DNA from: Hydrurus foetidus
Lineage: Eukaryota
Direction of reading: 5' to 3'
Assembly: GCA_900617105.1 (NCBI GenBank)
Contig: UYFQ01000079.1
Coordinates: 1-47,373, forward strand
Length of the DNA stretch: 47,373 bases
Made by a program: the position numbers and the translations under genes. The notes below the pieces were generated by a model. It saw only the letters and a program-made list of their open reading frames with translations. It made no database searches and was not told where the DNA came from. Of this stretch, positions 45,491 through 47,373 are shown piece by piece. Positions within the stretch are counted from its first letter, which is position 1; each line of letters opens with the position of its first letter.

Positions 45491-47173
45491 ATGGTTAAGG
45501 CCCAAAAACCCAAGGAAAAGAGCTCTAGCGAAGCTAGCTCGTCTTCCAAACGCTCCAAACCACAAAATATCCTCTTCCTATCGGAAAAAGAGAAGGCTGA
45601 ACTCGAGCGTCTCGCTCGGGAAGACAATATAGCCAACTCCATGAAGACGCTGGGCAAATCGGCTATCAAAGCCTCGAGCACCCATACTCGAGTATCCGAT
45701 GAATTGGCGGCAAACGAAGCACGCTTTCTGCAGCTACAACAAGAACGTGAACGCAATCGCGTGCGACTTGAAGTGCTGCAGGAACAGGCTGACAACAGAT
45801 CTGATCTCGAAGATCAAGAACTGAAAGACTTGTCAGCCTGGATGCAAGAGACAAATGACTTACACAGTCTAAACCCTCAGTCAGATGAGGATGGCTCTCC
45901 AATCCGACCCCAAACCGAAGAAGAAGAGGATATCAATCCTTCTCAAACGGAAGAGGGCGACGACACAATCGGTACCAAAATATCTCCGAAGGAAATTCTC
46001 TCCGACGATGATAACGTCTCGGTGTCTGACAACGTCTCGGAAGAGGCGGAAGACGAACAAACCAACGACGAGGACGAAGAGGAAGACAACAACCCCGACG
46101 ATACCAAGTCCAAATCGGACGAGGAAGATCAAAGTGAGTCGGAGGCGTCAACCCCACCGTCACCAAAACCGAAGAAGAAAGAGGCGATGCCAATCAAACC
46201 CCTTGCCAAAACAAGGGAGGCGAAACAACTCTCTGCCGTCCAATCTGAAGACAAACCCACGCGTGCCACCAGATCCAAAACGTCCAAAGCAACGGTAGCT
46301 GCTGCAAAGAAAGCAGCGACAGCTTCCACGAAAGCGGCTGCCACTTCAAACCGCAAACGCAAAACCGAAGAGACTGACACAGTCTTCGAACAACAACGAA
46401 CACCCCAAGCACTCACAACCTCCCTCATCAACATGAAGGAAGTGTTCTATGTAACACGTGAGACATTACTGAAGGACATGGACGGCACAGCCCGAAAGTT
46501 CTATACACAGGCGCACCGCCCTCAGTTTAATGCACCTTGGAAGGATCTCATCGAAGACGAAGCTGTCCATGTGATCCGAGACAGTCTCCTTCAAAATCGA
46601 AAGACTCTCGGATACACAATCAAAATGTGTCAAACCTGGCCCATCATCGACGACAAACTCCTGTCCATTCGCGACATGGCCACCGATCTCAAGAAACTCT
46701 TCTTCAGTGATCGCGCCACAGAGTCTACCTATGACCTGGACCTTGCCCTAAAAAACTGGCAAATGAAGATCAAATGGCAAAACCCAAACGTAGAGTTGGC
46801 GGCGATTGCACGACTCCGAGACATCCTCTTCGGATACTACGGCAGCTACGACAATATCCCTGCAGACCGCCAACATGAGATCTGTAAGATCATCTACAAA
46901 AAGCTCCCTCTTGATAATAAGTTCACTGAAAACTTCATGAACATTACAAAGGACAAAACAAGAAACAACAAAAAGGATTCCATCCCGAACATGTTGTGCC
47001 GAATGAATCTCTGCCTCAGTGAAGCTCGGCAAACAGTTATCAACGCGTCCAACATGGGTGGCCTTCGTTACGACTTCGAGACCAAAATCACCCCCGACAA
47101 CTTGTCGTCCAGCAGCACAACGCAGCTCTCCGCCTCCTACCGCACAATACCCAAACGCGAATCCGACGCCTAC
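45491..47173 (+). CDS. B2 Gag, interrupted before the zinc knuckle
   Basis: Open frame after the 5' LTR/UTR; colinear with B1 gag until 47173. Confidence 0.85.
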
Positions 47174-47373
47174 TGTGGTCTTGGGCGGGGCCTAGGACGT
47201 TGGAGCTAAAAGTGGTGGTCGGTTGATGCAAGCGGTGGGCAAGGGAAGAAAGGATAGGTGGAGTAAACTTTTGTTAGTATTTTACAGTTGAGTATCTACA
47301 AGTGATGTGTACGCTAAAGTGCATTCACATCATATGTGGAACTAAGACCTAAAAGTGGAATCTGGGCGTAATA
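47174..47373. mobile_element. LTR of a further element (D) inserted in B2 gag, probably in reverse orientation
   Basis: Homology to B1 gag stops abruptly at TGTGGTC, the terminus used by other LTRs here; purine-rich like the reversed LTRs. Confidence 0.7.

Larger units (their letters stand above)
44729..47173 (+). mobile_element. Gypsy element B2 (5' LTR, UTR, gag) inserted in the gag of element C
   Basis: LTR starts exactly where the C gag frame breaks; gag homologous to B1. Confidence 0.92.

Overview
Eukaryotic, intron-containing genomic DNA; the gene style and a putative bipartite plastid-targeting peptide suggest a stramenopile/ochrophyte (inference). 1-4668 is the 3' part of a chromodomain-bearing Ty3/Gypsy LTR retrotransposon (element A). 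About 5-24 kb is host sequence: a MITE-like element, Mpv17/PMP22, an 8-exon WDR6/Trm734-like gene, pantothenate synthetase, a GT47 exostosin-like glycosyltransferase and unidentified spliced genes. 24.1-31.9 kb is a 7.7 kb (GTGCR)n pentamer array, which produces all the giant spurious ORFs. 31.9-47.4 kb is a cluster of nested or fragmented Gypsy elements (E, B1, C, B2, D). Main finding: C, B1 and probably A carry a frame-shifting (3n+2) GT-AG intron at the gag/protease junction. Retention gives Gag-Pol; splicing gives a Gag that stops just before the protease active site, and in B1 and C the alternate-frame tail is conserved (K[NH]PIPGYR...KSSSS..Y.PK*). Second finding: the two 5' LTRs lack a canonical tRNA primer-binding site and are followed by a 12-bp palindrome with different but still palindromic cores.
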